In this document: positions 1-10,386 of the stretch, in pieces
Layout: each line of letters begins with the position of its first letter
How positions within the stretch are numbered: position 1 is the first letter of the stretch
Assembly (NCBI GenBank): GCA_007376135.1
Contig: VMFR01000004.1
Coordinates: forward strand, 21,745-85,744
DNA length: 64,000 nt
Origin: Parcubacteria group bacterium Gr01-1014_31
GTDB taxonomy: Bacteria > Patescibacteriota > Patescibacteriia > Buchananbacterales > GWA2-38-13
Direction: 5' to 3'
Made by a program: the position numbers and the translations under genes
Notes under the pieces: generated by a model
The model's input: the letters and a program-made list of their open reading frames with translations, nothing else
What the model was told of the DNA's origin: nothing
Databases searched by the model: none

Positions 1-2929
1 CTTTCTTGCCGTTATTCAGTACGGCATTGCGATAGATGAAGTCAATGCTATTCCCCCGCAACTCGATACCCCCGGCGAAATTGTTCGCGATCGTATTGTT
101 ATACTCGCCGGGCAGCAGCCCGATGGGCCACACCGGGATGTCAAAAAGAGCATAACCATAGCACGGTGAGGTCGGGAATATATCTTCGCACAATGACGAA
201 GCACCAGCACTGTACCCGTAATAGCTGCCCCAGGGAGTATCCGAACCCTGCGTGCCGTATACTCCGCGCCCGTTCACGCTCCCGGAAAACGTATTCAGCC
301 ACAGATAGTTGCTGCGCGAGGATACGTTCCGACCGCCCGTGGATGGGACAAGCACGAGATTATCTCCCCGGCTGTCCGTCACCGTATTCGCGTAGTGCTG
401 CCCGTACTGCGCGCCGTAGAGCAGCAGCCCGATGGCGTCGTTTGCGCCTCCCGTCCCGGTATCGTCGATGGTGTTGTGGTGGGTGATGACCTTGTCCATA
501 TCGTAGACCAGGAGTCCGCCGTTGGCGTTGGCAGAAAAGAGCGCGTTCCACACCAGCAGCCGTTCGGCAACCAGCCCGCGGGATTGCGCCCGCAACCCTT
601 CATCGTTGTTGCTCAGTTGCGACTGCAGGCAGCCTGGACCGGCGCAGCCGATGGTCGTGCTGCTGGTATCGAACAGGAGTACGCCGTACCCGTTGCCGTT
701 GAATTGGCTATTGGCAACCGCGATGTTGTAACTGTTGAGCGCGTACAGCCCGACCTGCGCGCCGCTGACCGCGACGTTCGTGACCTTCTGCGACGAAGCA
801 ACGGTCGTGTCGCACTTCCCGCTGCCCAGGCTCATGCCGACGCACGCCAATTTCAGCGGGTCGCCGTTGGCAAACGCCGCACCGCCGCCGGACAGTCCGC
901 CGAAGTTCCGCACCTCGATGTTCTTCGCGCCCACGATGGTCAGATGCCCGACATTGGCCAGGTACGGGTCAGTCGCGCCGTCGAACACTAAACCATCAAT
1001 GGTCGGGCCGAAGTAGTAGAGCACCTGTTTGCCGCTGACGCCCAGCCAGTTGAACGGCACGGGAGCACCGCCCCCGGGACGATAGGCGGGATTCGCGAAC
1101 ACGTGCCGGTAGTCGTTCAGCCGTAGGCCCGCGGGATAATTGGAGTCAATATCGGGAACGCCGTCCCCGTCCACCCCTTTTTCGCAGTACACTTTGTCAT
1201 TATCATTGTCCGGAAAACAGTCTTGCAGGTGGTCGGACAGGACGTTGTAGTACTGGCCGTAGCGGCCGTTGCGGATGGTCCAGACATTGTTCCAGCGCAG
1301 AAGGAAATCCTCGGTGTTCTCGAGTTTGATACCCGAGCCGAATCCCTCCAGCTCGCAGCCGACAACGGTTCCACGCCGGCGCGTTTGGTAGGTCAGGTCG
1401 ACAAGCCGCGTAGAGGTGGCGTGGATGCCGACCGTGGTGGTGGCGAAGAGATCCGGCACCGCGGGGTTCAGCCGCAGCTTACCGCCGAAATCGGACTGGG
1501 CCTCCCAGTCGCAATCCAAAATGATATTGTCGGCGGCAAAACCAATGGCATCGCGCGTGGCATCCCCCGGCGGATCGGGCGGATCGAACGTATAGAGGGT
1601 ATTGGGGGCCAAACAGGTATTTTCCTGGAGAATGCGCGAGGAGGTCCATGTCCCGCCCGCCAAGCATGCCTTGCGGTAATTTTCAGCATTATAAAAATCG
1701 GTCCGCGGCAATCCGTAGCAGTCAGGGTCGACGGATGGCGTGAAGCAGTCGTAATCGCAGAGATTGTTGCTCGCGGTATTGCAGCTCCCCGGGGTTCCGG
1801 TATCCTGCGGTTCGACGCTCGTGAAAATATTGTACTTTGTGACATCGTTGCCCGGCGGCTGAAAATTGATGTCGTGCCCAACGCCGCTCAGGGACTCCAG
1901 GCGGATACCGACCCCACGGCCCGAAAATACGTTGTTGTAGACGTCGATGTAGTCCATCCGGGGCGTCAAAGCCCCGCCATTGTCGAAATACAGGTCGTTG
2001 AGCGCGCAGTCGGTGCTCATCGGCACGGTCTTGGTCGCGCAATCGATGTAGTTGGAGTGGATGGGCAGCCGGGCGGCGACCTGGCCCAGCGGCGTAGTCA
2101 AGTAGATGCCGGCCTCATTGGTGTAACTGTCGGCCGCCGTCTCGTAGACGGTGATGCGGTTACCCGAGATCTCGCTGTCGGGCATGCGCAGGTTCGCAAG
2201 GGAGATGCCCTGCTGGCCCACCTCCAGGATATCGTTCTCCAAAATTTTGATACCGGTCCCATTGCCGGAACCAAAACTCCCGCGGATACCGATTTCCGTG
2301 GTCGCCAATACGCTGCCGGTCCAGCGGCTGCGAATGGTGTTATTCTGGAGCGTCCAGTCGACCGTGCTCTGAAAGGTGATGCCCTGGCCGAATCCTTCAA
2401 TGACGCAATTTTTGATAGTGACGTTCCGCTTGCAGGCATCCTGGCCGCCGCTGGCACAGGGCTGCGAGCAGGTATCATACTGCCGCGCCTCCGCAAAACA
2501 GGCGGTACACGCCCAGCCCCCCCGGAAGTAATCCCAACGCGCGTCAATGCCAACGCCCGGGATGTTACCGATGTTATTGCGATTTGTGAACAGCCGATGC
2601 CCCTGGCAATCAATGGTGATGGGCGTTGCGTCATCGGTCGCGGCGATGCGCAAACCATAATAGTAATTATCCGACTGCACGTTGCAGTGGCCCGCGCCGG
2701 CGTAGTAATCAGACTCATACCCATCGCACGGCCCCAGGTCGCTGGCGAGCGTAACGTTGCCCACCACATAGCTGCCGCAGGCGCACTGCCCCTGCCCGCC
2801 ACCGCACTCATCGTAGAGGTACTCCTGGGCACCGACCGCGCGGGGCAGCAGGAACATCGCGCCGGCAGCAACCACTGCCGCCGCCCAAAAACGAACCAAA
2901 CTCGCTTGTTCCGGACTACCGTGCCTCAT
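1..2929 (-). CDS. Large secreted right-handed parallel beta-helix (PbH1/NosD-like) protein, truncated by the window edge (>976 aa)
   Basis: Manual translation from ATG 2929: MRHGSPEQASLVRFWAAAVVAAGAMFLLPRAVGA-QEY (signal peptide). Later N/G/I-rich repeats (VANSQFNGNGYGVLL, YNNTIANNFAGGIEL) and DGDGVPD. The frame is still open at position 2. Absent from the ORF track, which fits having no stop in the window; the middle was not checked codon by codon. Confidence 0.8.
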   Translation of the reverse strand, partial: MRHGSPEQASLVRFWAAAVVAAGAMFLLPRAVGAQEYLYDECGGGQGQCACGSYVVGNVTLASDLGPCDGYESDYYAGAGHCNVQSDNYYYGLRIAATDDATPITIDCQGHRLFTNRNNIGNIPGVGIDARWDYFRGGWACTACFAEARQYDTCSQPCASGGQDACKRNVTIKNCVIEGFGQGITFQSTVDWTLQNNTIRSRWTGSVLATTEIGIRGSFGSGNGTGIKILENDILEVGQQGISLANLRMPDSEISGNRITVYETAADSYTNEAGIYLTTPLGQVAARLPIHSNYIDCATKTVPMSTDCALNDLYFDNGGALTPRMDYIDVYNNVFSGRGVGIRLESLSGVGHDINFQPPGNDVTKYNIFTSVEPQDTGTPGSCNTASNNLCDYDCFTPSVDPDCYGLPRTDFYNAENYRKACLAGGTWTSSRILQENTCLAPNTLYTFDPPDPPGDATRDAIGFAADNIILDCDWEAQSDFGGKLRLNPAVPDLFATTTVGIHATSTRLVDLTYQTRRRGTVVGCELEGFGSGIKLENTEDFLLRWNNVWTIRNGRYGQYYNVLSDHLQDCFPDNDNDKVYCEKGVDGDGVPDIDSNYPAGLRLNDYRHVFANPAYRPGGGAPVPFNWLGVSGKQVLYYFGPTIDGLVFDGATDPYLANVGHLTIVGAKNIEVRNFGGLSGGGAAFANGDPLKLACVGMSLGSGKCDTTVASSQKVTNVAVSGAQVGLYALNSYNIAVANSQFNGNGYGVLLFDTSSTTIGCAGPGCLQSQLSNNDEGLRAQSRGLVAERLLVWNALFSANANGGLLVYDMDKVITHHNTIDDTGTGGANDAIGLLLYGAQYGQHYANTVTDSRGDNLVLVPSTGGRNVSSRSNYLWLNTFSGSVNGRGVYGTQGSDTPWGSYYGYSAGASSLCEDIFPTSPCYGYALFDIPVWPIGLLPGEYNNTIANNFAGGIELRGNSIDFIYRNAVLNNGKK

Positions 2930-2973
2930 CGCTGGAGTGAAATACCAAACGGCGTTATACTGAAAATGACAGT

Positions 2974-3477
2974 ATGGGAAAAAATCGCGCTCCGCTCGTC
3001 GGCCTGATCGTTGCCCTAGGACTCGTCCTCTTTGGGCTGTTCATGGGCGCGCGCTGGCTGACCACGTCACGCCGTACACCCGTCCCGCCGGTAACCGTCT
3101 GGGGCCGGTTCCTCGAATATACCCCGAGCTCGCTGACGGTAACCATTGACCAAGCCCCCGTGGCGCCGACCGGACAGGATACCCTGCCGCCGGTGGGCAC
3201 GGAACGGCGCACGGTCTTCCCACTCACGCCGCAAACGACCCTGGTGGCGGAATACTTCATGGGCGACGGTGAACGGGCAACCCTCATCCTGTCAGAGCCG
3301 CTGAACTTCATGAATCTCCTTCCCGGCACCGCGCTCCAGATCGAAGCCATCCCGCTCGGCAATGGGAAGTGGCGCACGCTGTCGGTCAGACGCCGCCAGT
3401 CCATTTCTCGGCCAAACGCAGACGACCCCGCTACCGCCGGCGATACGAACATCCCGCCGCCCATCAGCCCCCCGTAA
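2974..3477 (+). CDS. Hypothetical protein with N-terminal TM anchor
   Basis: 167-aa ORF with hydrophobic N-terminus; TATACT at 2956-2961 just upstream. Confidence 0.65.
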   Translation: MGKNRAPLVGLIVALGLVLFGLFMGARWLTTSRRTPVPPVTVWGRFLEYTPSSLTVTIDQAPVAPTGQDTLPPVGTERRTVFPLTPQTTLVAEYFMGDGERATLILSEPLNFMNLLPGTALQIEAIPLGNGKWRTLSVRRRQSISRPNADDPATAGDTNIPPPISPP

Positions 3478-3504
3478 CGGGCATGCCGGCAGCGGGAAAA
3501 TATT

Positions 3505-3534
3505 TTGACAATGGAGGGCATTTTATTTTATAAT
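3505..3534 (+). promoter_or_regulatory. Consensus sigma70 promoter upstream of lemA
   Basis: TTGACA (3505-3510), 18-bp spacer, TATAAT (3529-3534). Confidence 0.75.
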
Positions 3535-3600
3535 GCAGTGGTGGGGACCACTATTTTTTGTCCCTCAAGTCTAATTATTATACCATAAACGCACGAACGT

Positions 3601-4158
3601 ATGAACTTCAACGTGCTCTACGTCGTCCTCGGGGTCGTCCTGGTCGTCGCCGTGTGGCTGATCGCCGTCTACAACGGCCTTATCCGCCTGAAAAACCGGG
3701 TCCAGGAGGCCTGGTCGGACATCGAAGTCCAGCTCAAACGCCGCTACGACCTTATCCCCAACCTGATCGAGACGGTCAAAGGCTACGCCACCCATGAACG
3801 CGAGCTGCTGGAGAAGGTGACCGCGGCCCGCACCGCGGCGATGACCTCAGGGTCCCTGGCGGAAAAAGCGCAGGCCGAGAACATGCTGTCACAGACCTTG
3901 AAATCCTTATTCGCCGTCGCCGAGAATTACCCGTCTCTGCGCGCTTCGGAGAATTTCGCCAAGCTGCAGGATGAACTTTCCGACACCGAGAACAAGATCC
4001 AGGCCGCGCGCCGTTTCTACAACAGCCAGGTGCGCGACTTCAACACCAAGATCCAGGTCTTCCCCAACAATTTGATGGCGTCCAGCCTCGGCTTCAAGTC
4101 CCAGGAATTCTTCGATGCGGAAGCGGAGGCCGAGCAGCCGGTCAAAGTGAAGTTTTAA
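3601..4158 (+). CDS. lemA: LemA family protein
   Basis: N-terminal TM, YNGL...AWSDIEVQLKRRYDLIPNL, AENYPSLRASENF, RRFYN motifs. Confidence 0.95.
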   Translation: MNFNVLYVVLGVVLVVAVWLIAVYNGLIRLKNRVQEAWSDIEVQLKRRYDLIPNLIETVKGYATHERELLEKVTAARTAAMTSGSLAEKAQAENMLSQTLKSLFAVAENYPSLRASENFAKLQDELSDTENKIQAARRFYNSQVRDFNTKIQVFPNNLMASSLGFKSQEFFDAEAEAEQPVKVKF

Positions 4159-4162
4159 ACAA

Positions 4163-4250
4163 TTTACATTTGACGATTAACCTTTGACCGTTGACCTTTA
4201 ACGCGGTCGTCACCCAAGGTCAAATGGTAAATGTCAAAGGTTAAGTGTCG
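4163..4250. repeat. Head-to-head 7-mer tandem arrays (TTGACCT-like / AGGTCAA-like)
   Basis: TTTACAT TTGACGA TTAACCT TTGACCG TTGACCT TTAACGC ... AGGTCAA ATGGTAA ATGTCAA AGGTTAA. Confidence 0.85.
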
Positions 4251-4258
4251 CGCCACGC

Positions 4259-5146
4259 ATGTATTCCCAGATCACGGCCAATAAGCGCAAAACCTGGCTG
4301 CTGATCGCGATCTTCACCGTCGTTATCCTGGCGGCCGGGTATGCGTTCGGCGAATACGCCGGCATCGGCTACGGCGGGCTGGCGTTTGCCGCCATCGTTT
4401 CCCTGACGATGACGCTCTTCTCGTATTTCGCCGGGGATAAGGTGGCGCTGGCAACCGCAGGGGCCAAGTTGGTCGACCAACAACAAAATCCCTACCTCTG
4501 CCGGATGGTGGAAAATCTGGCCATCACCGCCGGACTCCCCATGCCCCGAGTCTACGTCATCAACGACGGAGCGATCAACGCGTTTGCGACCGGCCGCGAC
4601 CCGCACCACGCGTCGGTCGCGGTCACCACCGGCGCAATGGAAAAATTGGAGAACGAAGAATTGGAAGGAGTGCTGGCCCACGAGTTGTCCCACATCGGCA
4701 ACTACGACATCCGGCTTATGACGATGGTTATCGTGCTCGTCGGCCTCGCCACCCTGCTGTCCGATCTGTTCTTCCGCGCCCGCTGGTTTCACGGCAGCCG
4801 CGGACGCTCCGACAGCCGCGGCGGCAGCGGCATCATCCTGGTCATCGGTATGATCGCACTCATCCTGGCGCCCATCCTCGGCAAACTCATCCAGCTGGCG
4901 GTGTCTCGCAAACGAGAATTCTTAGCGGATGCGAGCGGGGCCCTGCTCACCCGCTACCCCGAGGGGCTGGCGCGAGCGCTGGAAAAGATCGGTGCCGTAA
5001 ACGTTGCGCCGATGCGCGGCGCGCACGAAGCGACTGCGCACCTCTACATCAGCTCACCGTTCGGTGCGGGAAATCGGGTAGCGAAACTCTTCTCCACCCA
5101 CCCGCCGCTCCAAGAACGTATCAAAGTGCTGCGCCAAATGGCGTAA
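4259..5146 (+). CDS. htpX: Zinc metalloprotease HtpX (M48)
   Basis: NAFATG, HELSH zinc motif, SRKREFLADA, FSTHPP. Confidence 0.95.
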   Translation: MYSQITANKRKTWLLIAIFTVVILAAGYAFGEYAGIGYGGLAFAAIVSLTMTLFSYFAGDKVALATAGAKLVDQQQNPYLCRMVENLAITAGLPMPRVYVINDGAINAFATGRDPHHASVAVTTGAMEKLENEELEGVLAHELSHIGNYDIRLMTMVIVLVGLATLLSDLFFRARWFHGSRGRSDSRGGSGIILVIGMIALILAPILGKLIQLAVSRKREFLADASGALLTRYPEGLARALEKIGAVNVAPMRGAHEATAHLYISSPFGAGNRVAKLFSTHPPLQERIKVLRQMA

Positions 5147-5149
5147 GAC

Positions 5150-5240
5150 AAACCATTGACAATTGACTATCACCCGAAGAACGTCAACGGTGAATGGTCA
5201 ACAGTCAAATGCCAATGGTCAAGGGTCAACGGTGAACACC
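5150..5240. repeat. 7-mer arrays (TTGACAA / GGTCAAC-like) between htpX and clpC
   Basis: ATTGACA ATTGACT ... CGTCAAC GGTGAAT GGTCAAC AGTCAAA TGCCAAT GGTCAAG GGTCAAC GGTGAAC. Confidence 0.8.
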
Positions 5241-5242
5241 GT

Positions 5243-7717
5243 ATGGACATCCTGGAAAAATTCTCTACCCACGGCCGTGCGGCCCTCCGCCAGGCTTTTT
5301 TGCTCAGCCGTGAGTGCGGGAGCCTGACGGTCGAGCCGGAACACCTGCTGTGCGGTATTGCCTTGCAGCGCGGCTCCATCGGCGCGGAAATGCTGGCGAA
5401 GGCCAACCTGAACATCCAAACCATCCAGCAGGCGCTGCCCACGCAGTCACCCAAAGCCATTTTGCTGCCGCGGCTGTCGGAAACGTCGCGACGCAGTCTG
5501 GAGCGCGCCACGCTGCTGTCCAGCCGCTTCGGACACCGGTACATCGGCACCGAGCACCTGCTCGCGGGGCTCCTGGAGCAATCGGCGGGGCGCCTGGAAC
5601 GACTCCTGGCCGTCCAGGGCGTCTCGCGGGAACAGTTGCGTGACCGGCTGGGCGTAGTGTTCAAAAGCACGACGAAATTCCCTGAACTGGCGGAAGCGCT
5701 GGATATCATGAGTGGAAGCGCCCACGAGGACGAGGGTATGCCCGCGACGACCCGCGTTGCGGCCAAGCCGGGCGCCTCGCCGCTCACCAGCTACGCCATT
5801 GAACTCACCGACGACGTGGTGCAGCGGCGCATTGACCCTCTGATCGGCCGGGAATCCGAGGTGGAACGGCTGGTGCAGATCCTGTGCCGGCGCACGAAGA
5901 ACAACCCCCTGCTTTTGGGCGACCCCGGCGTCGGAAAGACGGCCATTGTTGAAGGCCTGGCAAAAAAGATCGTACAAGGCGACGTCCCCGATCCGCTGCG
6001 GCGCCGTCATATCTGGCAGCTGGATCTGGGACTATTGGTTGCCGGGTCGTCCTACCGCGGTGAGTTCGAGCAACGGCTGAAGCTTTTACTGGCCGAGATC
6101 CGGCATCGTCCTGACGTCATTCTCTTCATTGACGAACTGCATGCGATCGTCGGCGCCGGGTCGGCCAGCGGTTCCATGGATGCGGCTAATCTGATGAAAC
6201 CCGCGCTGGCGCGCGGCGAAGTGCGCTGCATCGGCGCGACGACCCAGGAGGATTACAAACGCCATGTGGAGCATGACGCGGCGCTGGAGCGCCGTTTCCA
6301 GCCCATTCTGGTCCGTCAGCCCGATCAGCGCCAAACGGTGGCGATCCTGCGCGGCCTGCGCCCAAGCTACGAACGCTTCCACGGCGTTGCCATCACCGAT
6401 GACGCCATCAGCGCGGCGGTGCAGCTGGCCGACCGCTATGTGATGGGGAAAGCGCAGCCGGATAAATCCATCGACGTGCTGGATGAAGCCTCGGCGATCC
6501 GCAAGATCGCCAGCGTCAAAACGGGCGGCCGCGATCCGTTGCGGACGGCCGAACAGCAGTTGGATGAACTGCTTGCCGGCAAACAACGCGCGGTGGCAGA
6601 GGAACGATTTGAAGATGCGCTGCAGTTGCGCGACCATGAGGCGCGCCTGCGGACAAAGATGACACGGCTGAAGGAGCGTCGCGCGCAGCTGCCGCCGACG
6701 GCGCTGCCGCGCGTCACCGTTGCCGACGTGCACGCGGTCATCGCGAAAATGACCGGGGTGCAATTGGCCGTGCTGCGCACGGGAGAACGGCAGCAATTAC
6801 GCCGCCTGGAACGGCAGCTGGGAGAACGAATTGCCGGCCAAACCGAGGCGCTCCGCAAGGTCGCCCAAGTCATCCGGCGCGCCAAGACCGGCGTTGCCAG
6901 CGTCCGCCGTCCCCTCGGTTCCTTCCTCTTTCTCGGCCCATCCGGCGTCGGAAAAACCGAATTGGCGCGGGTGCTGGCCGATACCGTCTTTGGGGGTGTG
7001 GATGCGCTGGTGCGGCTGGATATGTCCGAATTCGCCGAACCCTTCACCGTCTCGAGGCTGATCGGAGCGCCCGCCGGGTATGTAGGCTACCGCGACTCAG
7101 CGCAGCTCACCGACCTGGTGCGTAAACGCCCCCACAGCGTCGTGCTATTCGACGAAGTAGAGAAAGCCCATCCGCAGGTGCTCACCCTGCTCTTGCAGAT
7201 CCTCGAAGACGGCATCCTCACCGACGCCACGGGAAAAACCGCCAGCTTCCGCAACGCCGTGGTCATCATGACCGCCAACCTCGGCACCGAGGAATTCCTG
7301 CAGCAAGCCGCCATCGGCTTTGACGACCGCCAGGCGGAGCATGAGGAGCGCTTCGCCGCGGTGCAGCAGGCGGTGCTGGCGACGGTCGCGCAGGAGTTCC
7401 CCCCGGAACTGCTCAACCGCATCGACCAAACGATCATTTTCAATCCTCTTTCACTCCCAACTATCGCGCACATCGCCCACCGCCAGCTGCAGGAGCTGGC
7501 CGCCCGGCTGAAAGAACAGGGCACCCAGCTGCGCTGGGGTCCGGCGGTTTGCCGCGCCATTGCCCAGGCCAGTTTTTCGCCCGACCAGGGCGCACGCGCC
7601 GTTCGGCGCACTATCCAGGACTTGGTAGAGACCCCGGCGGCTGAACGCCTGCTGCGGCAACGACGTCCCCCGCGCTTGACGATCCGCGCGCGCGGCGGCG
7701 TCATTACGCTCTCCTAA
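5243..7717 (+). CDS. clpC: ATP-dependent Clp protease ATPase subunit ClpC
   Basis: Clp N-domain repeats, Walker A GDPGVGKT and [11 protein letters not shown]-like middle domain. Start moved to ATG 5243 because the ORF-track extension reads through the heptamer array. Confidence 0.92.
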   Translation: MDILEKFSTHGRAALRQAFLLSRECGSLTVEPEHLLCGIALQRGSIGAEMLAKANLNIQTIQQALPTQSPKAILLPRLSETSRRSLERATLLSSRFGHRYIGTEHLLAGLLEQSAGRLERLLAVQGVSREQLRDRLGVVFKSTTKFPELAEALDIMSGSAHEDEGMPATTRVAAKPGASPLTSYAIELTDDVVQRRIDPLIGRESEVERLVQILCRRTKNNPLLLGDPGVGKTAIVEGLAKKIVQGDVPDPLRRRHIWQLDLGLLVAGSSYRGEFEQRLKLLLAEIRHRPDVILFIDELHAIVGAGSASGSMDAANLMKPALARGEVRCIGATTQEDYKRHVEHDAALERRFQPILVRQPDQRQTVAILRGLRPSYERFHGVAITDDAISAAVQLADRYVMGKAQPDKSIDVLDEASAIRKIASVKTGGRDPLRTAEQQLDELLAGKQRAVAEERFEDALQLRDHEARLRTKMTRLKERRAQLPPTALPRVTVADVHAVIAKMTGVQLAVLRTGERQQLRRLERQLGERIAGQTEALRKVAQVIRRAKTGVASVRRPLGSFLFLGPSGVGKTELARVLADTVFGGVDALVRLDMSEFAEPFTVSRLIGAPAGYVGYRDSAQLTDLVRKRPHSVVLFDEVEKAHPQVLTLLLQILEDGILTDATGKTASFRNAVVIMTANLGTEEFLQQAAIGFDDRQAEHEERFAAVQQAVLATVAQEFPPELLNRIDQTIIFNPLSLPTIAHIAHRQLQELAARLKEQGTQLRWGPAVCRAIAQASFSPDQGARAVRRTIQDLVETPAAERLLRQRRPPRLTIRARGGVITLS

Positions 7718-7723
7718 AACCCT

Positions 7724-8962
7724 ATGGTCCGCCTCCAACGCGCCCTGCTCATCGTCACTTTTGTCCTGGTCACTATCATGCTCGGGGTGTTACTCTACGC
7801 GGTCTTTTTCGGCGGCGGTTTTTCCGACCTCGGTGGCAACGAACAGGTGGGTGGCAGCGGCAGTGCGATCTACGGCAACCAAGAGGTCCCCATCGGGGGC
7901 GGTGGCCAGCTCCCCGCCGGCCGCCCCTCGCCCAGCCCGAGCGCTTCCCCCGTGCGCCAACCCAGTCCGGCGGCTTCAGTGGCGAGCGGCGGCACGACCG
8001 TTACCCAGCGGGTAGTCGACGTCGACGCCCAGCAGCTGACCTTGGATCGCGACGGGGTCAGCGTCCTGTACTACAACCCAACGGATGGACGCTTCTACCG
8101 GTTGACGTCCCGCGGCACCGTCGAAACGCTGGATGACCGGGTGTTCCATAACGTCGAGCGTATCACCTGGTCGGATGACCGCCAGCGGGCGGTGCTGGAA
8201 TACCCGGATGGTGCGAATATCGTGTATGATTTTTCAACGGATCGACAAACCACGCTGCCCAAACACTGGGAAGCCTTTGATTTCGCCCCGGACGGCGAAC
8301 AATTGATCGCCAAGAGCATCGGCTTGGATACCGAGAACCGCTGGCTGGTCGTGACGGATGCGAGCGGCAGCCGGACGCGGCCCATTGTCGCGCTCGGCGA
8401 GAACGCCGACACCGTCATTCCTTCATGGTCGCCCAATGGACAGATGGTTGCCATGCAGGTCGAAACCAGCGGCGAGCAGCGGCAGGAAGTATTTTTTATC
8501 GGCCAGAACGACGAGCGCTTCCCTTCGGCACAGGTGCCGGGCTGGGGATTTGAGGCGGAGTGGACCCCCAGCGGGAACCAGCTCCTTTACTCAGTCTACA
8601 GCAGCCGTTCCGGCAACCGGCCGGAATTATGGCTCTCCGATGCCACACCCTCGAGCGTCGGTACCAACCGCCTGTCGGTGGGATTACAGACCTGGGCCCA
8701 CAAATGCACGTTCAGTAGCCCCTCCGTTGCCTACTGTGCGGTCCCCAGCGAACTCCCGAGCGGCGCGGGCCTGTTCCCGAATGAAATGGATGCCGGTGTG
8801 GACAGCGTCTACCGGGTTGACCTGGCCAGCGGGGCAACTTCGCTCGTCGGTACGCCGGATCAGCCGCACACGATGGGAAATCTCCTGGTCTCCAGCGACG
8901 GACGTTCCCTCTACTACACCGCCAAACAAGACGGCAGCGTTTATCGGCTCCAGCTGAAGTAG
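7724..8962 (+). CDS. Membrane-anchored TolB/WD40-like beta-propeller protein
   Basis: TM anchor, Pro/Ser linker, repeated WS/FAPDG/WSPNG/WTPSG/SSDG motifs. Confidence 0.7.
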   Translation: MVRLQRALLIVTFVLVTIMLGVLLYAVFFGGGFSDLGGNEQVGGSGSAIYGNQEVPIGGGGQLPAGRPSPSPSASPVRQPSPAASVASGGTTVTQRVVDVDAQQLTLDRDGVSVLYYNPTDGRFYRLTSRGTVETLDDRVFHNVERITWSDDRQRAVLEYPDGANIVYDFSTDRQTTLPKHWEAFDFAPDGEQLIAKSIGLDTENRWLVVTDASGSRTRPIVALGENADTVIPSWSPNGQMVAMQVETSGEQRQEVFFIGQNDERFPSAQVPGWGFEAEWTPSGNQLLYSVYSSRSGNRPELWLSDATPSSVGTNRLSVGLQTWAHKCTFSSPSVAYCAVPSELPSGAGLFPNEMDAGVDSVYRVDLASGATSLVGTPDQPHTMGNLLVSSDGRSLYYTAKQDGSVYRLQLK

Positions 8963-9024
8963 CAACCCGCGCCGACGCAACACCCCGGATTCCAGATTCT
9001 CGTTGCGGGAAATGGAATTTTTTT

Positions 9025-10377
9025 ATGCCCAAAGCCAAAGCCGTGTACGTGTGCGCAAAATGTGACGCCCAGTTCCCGAAGTGGGTCGGGCGCTGCGCGG
9101 AGTGCGGCAACTGGGGTACCGTTGCGACCGCGCCCGTCGCGGTCAGCACACCCACAGCTCCCCGTTCGCCGGCCGGTCAGGTCATCAGTTTCGCCGACGT
9201 CCTCGGTGACAATGTCCAGCGGCTGCCCAGCGGTATGGATGAATTCGACCGGGTCGTGGGCGGCGGCTTGACCCAGGGGTCCGTGACCCTGCTCACCGGA
9301 GAACCCGGCATCGGGAAATCGACGCTGGTGCTCCAGGTGGCTGACCGCATTGCCCGGCACACCGGCAAAACGGTACTCTACGTATCCGGCGAAGAGTCCG
9401 CAGGGCAGATCAAGGATCGCATCACCCGCCTCGGCGTGACGGCGGCTGGCATCTCCTACCTCGGCGCGACGTCCGCGGAGACCATTACGGCCACGATCAC
9501 GGCGCTTCGTCCGCCGCTGGCAATCGTTGATTCCGTCCAGACCATCCGCGCCGACCGGAGCGCCAGCGAACCCGGAAGTGTCGGCCAGATCCGCGCGGCG
9601 ACCGCGGTGCTCATGGAGGCGGCAAAAATTTCGGCGACCGCGGTGCTGCTGATCGGCCATATTACCAAGAGCGGCGACGTGGCCGGGCCAAAAACACTCG
9701 AGCACCTCGTGGATACGGTCATCGGCCTTGAGAGCGATGGTACCCAGCACTACCGACTGCTCCGGACGGTCAAGAACCGCTTTGGCGCTACCAGCGAACT
9801 GGGCGTATTCGAAATGAAAGGCGGCGGCCTGCAGGAGGTCGCGAACCCCTCGGCGATGTTCTTGGCCGGACGGGTGACCCAGCAGCCGGGCGCCGTCGTC
9901 GCCCCGGTCGTGATCGGCACCCGCGTATTTTTGGCCGAGATCCAGGCGCTCGTGTCCTGGACGCGGTTCGGCTACCCGCAGCGCAAGGCGGTGGGTTACG
10001 ACTATAACCGGCTCAATCTCATCGCCACAGTGCTGGACCAGCGGGCCGGCGTCCGGCTCGCGAAAAGTGATATCCACGTGAAGATCGCCGGGGGCCTGCG
10101 GGTCAATGATCCGGCCGCCGACCTGGCAGTCGCGCTCGCCATCATCTCCGCGCAGCGCAAACGGGCGGTCGACCCCCACACCGCCGCGTGCGGCGAACTG
10201 GGATTAAGCGGCGAGATCCGGCCGATCGCGCGCTTAGACGCACGGCTGCAAGAATCCACCAAACTTGGCTTCACATCCGTGCTCTGCCCCCGTTCCGGGG
10301 ATTCCGCCCAGTTGCCGCCCGCGGCGCTCCCGATCGACAGCGTCCAAACCGCGGTGCGCGAGTTGTGGGGTAGCTAG
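9025..10377 (+). CDS. radA: DNA repair protein RadA/Sms
   Basis: C4 zinc finger CAKC..CAEC, GEPGIGKST, KNRFG motif, Lon-like C-terminus. Confidence 0.96.
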   Translation: MPKAKAVYVCAKCDAQFPKWVGRCAECGNWGTVATAPVAVSTPTAPRSPAGQVISFADVLGDNVQRLPSGMDEFDRVVGGGLTQGSVTLLTGEPGIGKSTLVLQVADRIARHTGKTVLYVSGEESAGQIKDRITRLGVTAAGISYLGATSAETITATITALRPPLAIVDSVQTIRADRSASEPGSVGQIRAATAVLMEAAKISATAVLLIGHITKSGDVAGPKTLEHLVDTVIGLESDGTQHYRLLRTVKNRFGATSELGVFEMKGGGLQEVANPSAMFLAGRVTQQPGAVVAPVVIGTRVFLAEIQALVSWTRFGYPQRKAVGYDYNRLNLIATVLDQRAGVRLAKSDIHVKIAGGLRVNDPAADLAVALAIISAQRKRAVDPHTAACGELGLSGEIRPIARLDARLQESTKLGFTSVLCPRSGDSAQLPPAALPIDSVQTAVRELWGS

Positions 10378-10386
10378 TCCCGTTGC

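Noticed and set aside
395-3007. Plus-strand ORFs 395..991 and 1223..3007
   Set aside because: Antisense shadows of the minus-strand beta-helix gene; no protein-like motifs.
4163-5240. CtsR operator (GGTCAAA heptads near clpC)
   Set aside because: CtsR boxes are heptads separated by 3 nt. These have period 7, are inverted, and also occur at the unrelated rnj/waaL-like gap.
5156-5242. N-terminal extension of ClpC in the ORF track
   Set aside because: It starts at TTG and translates the heptamer array; Clp homology begins at ATG 5243.
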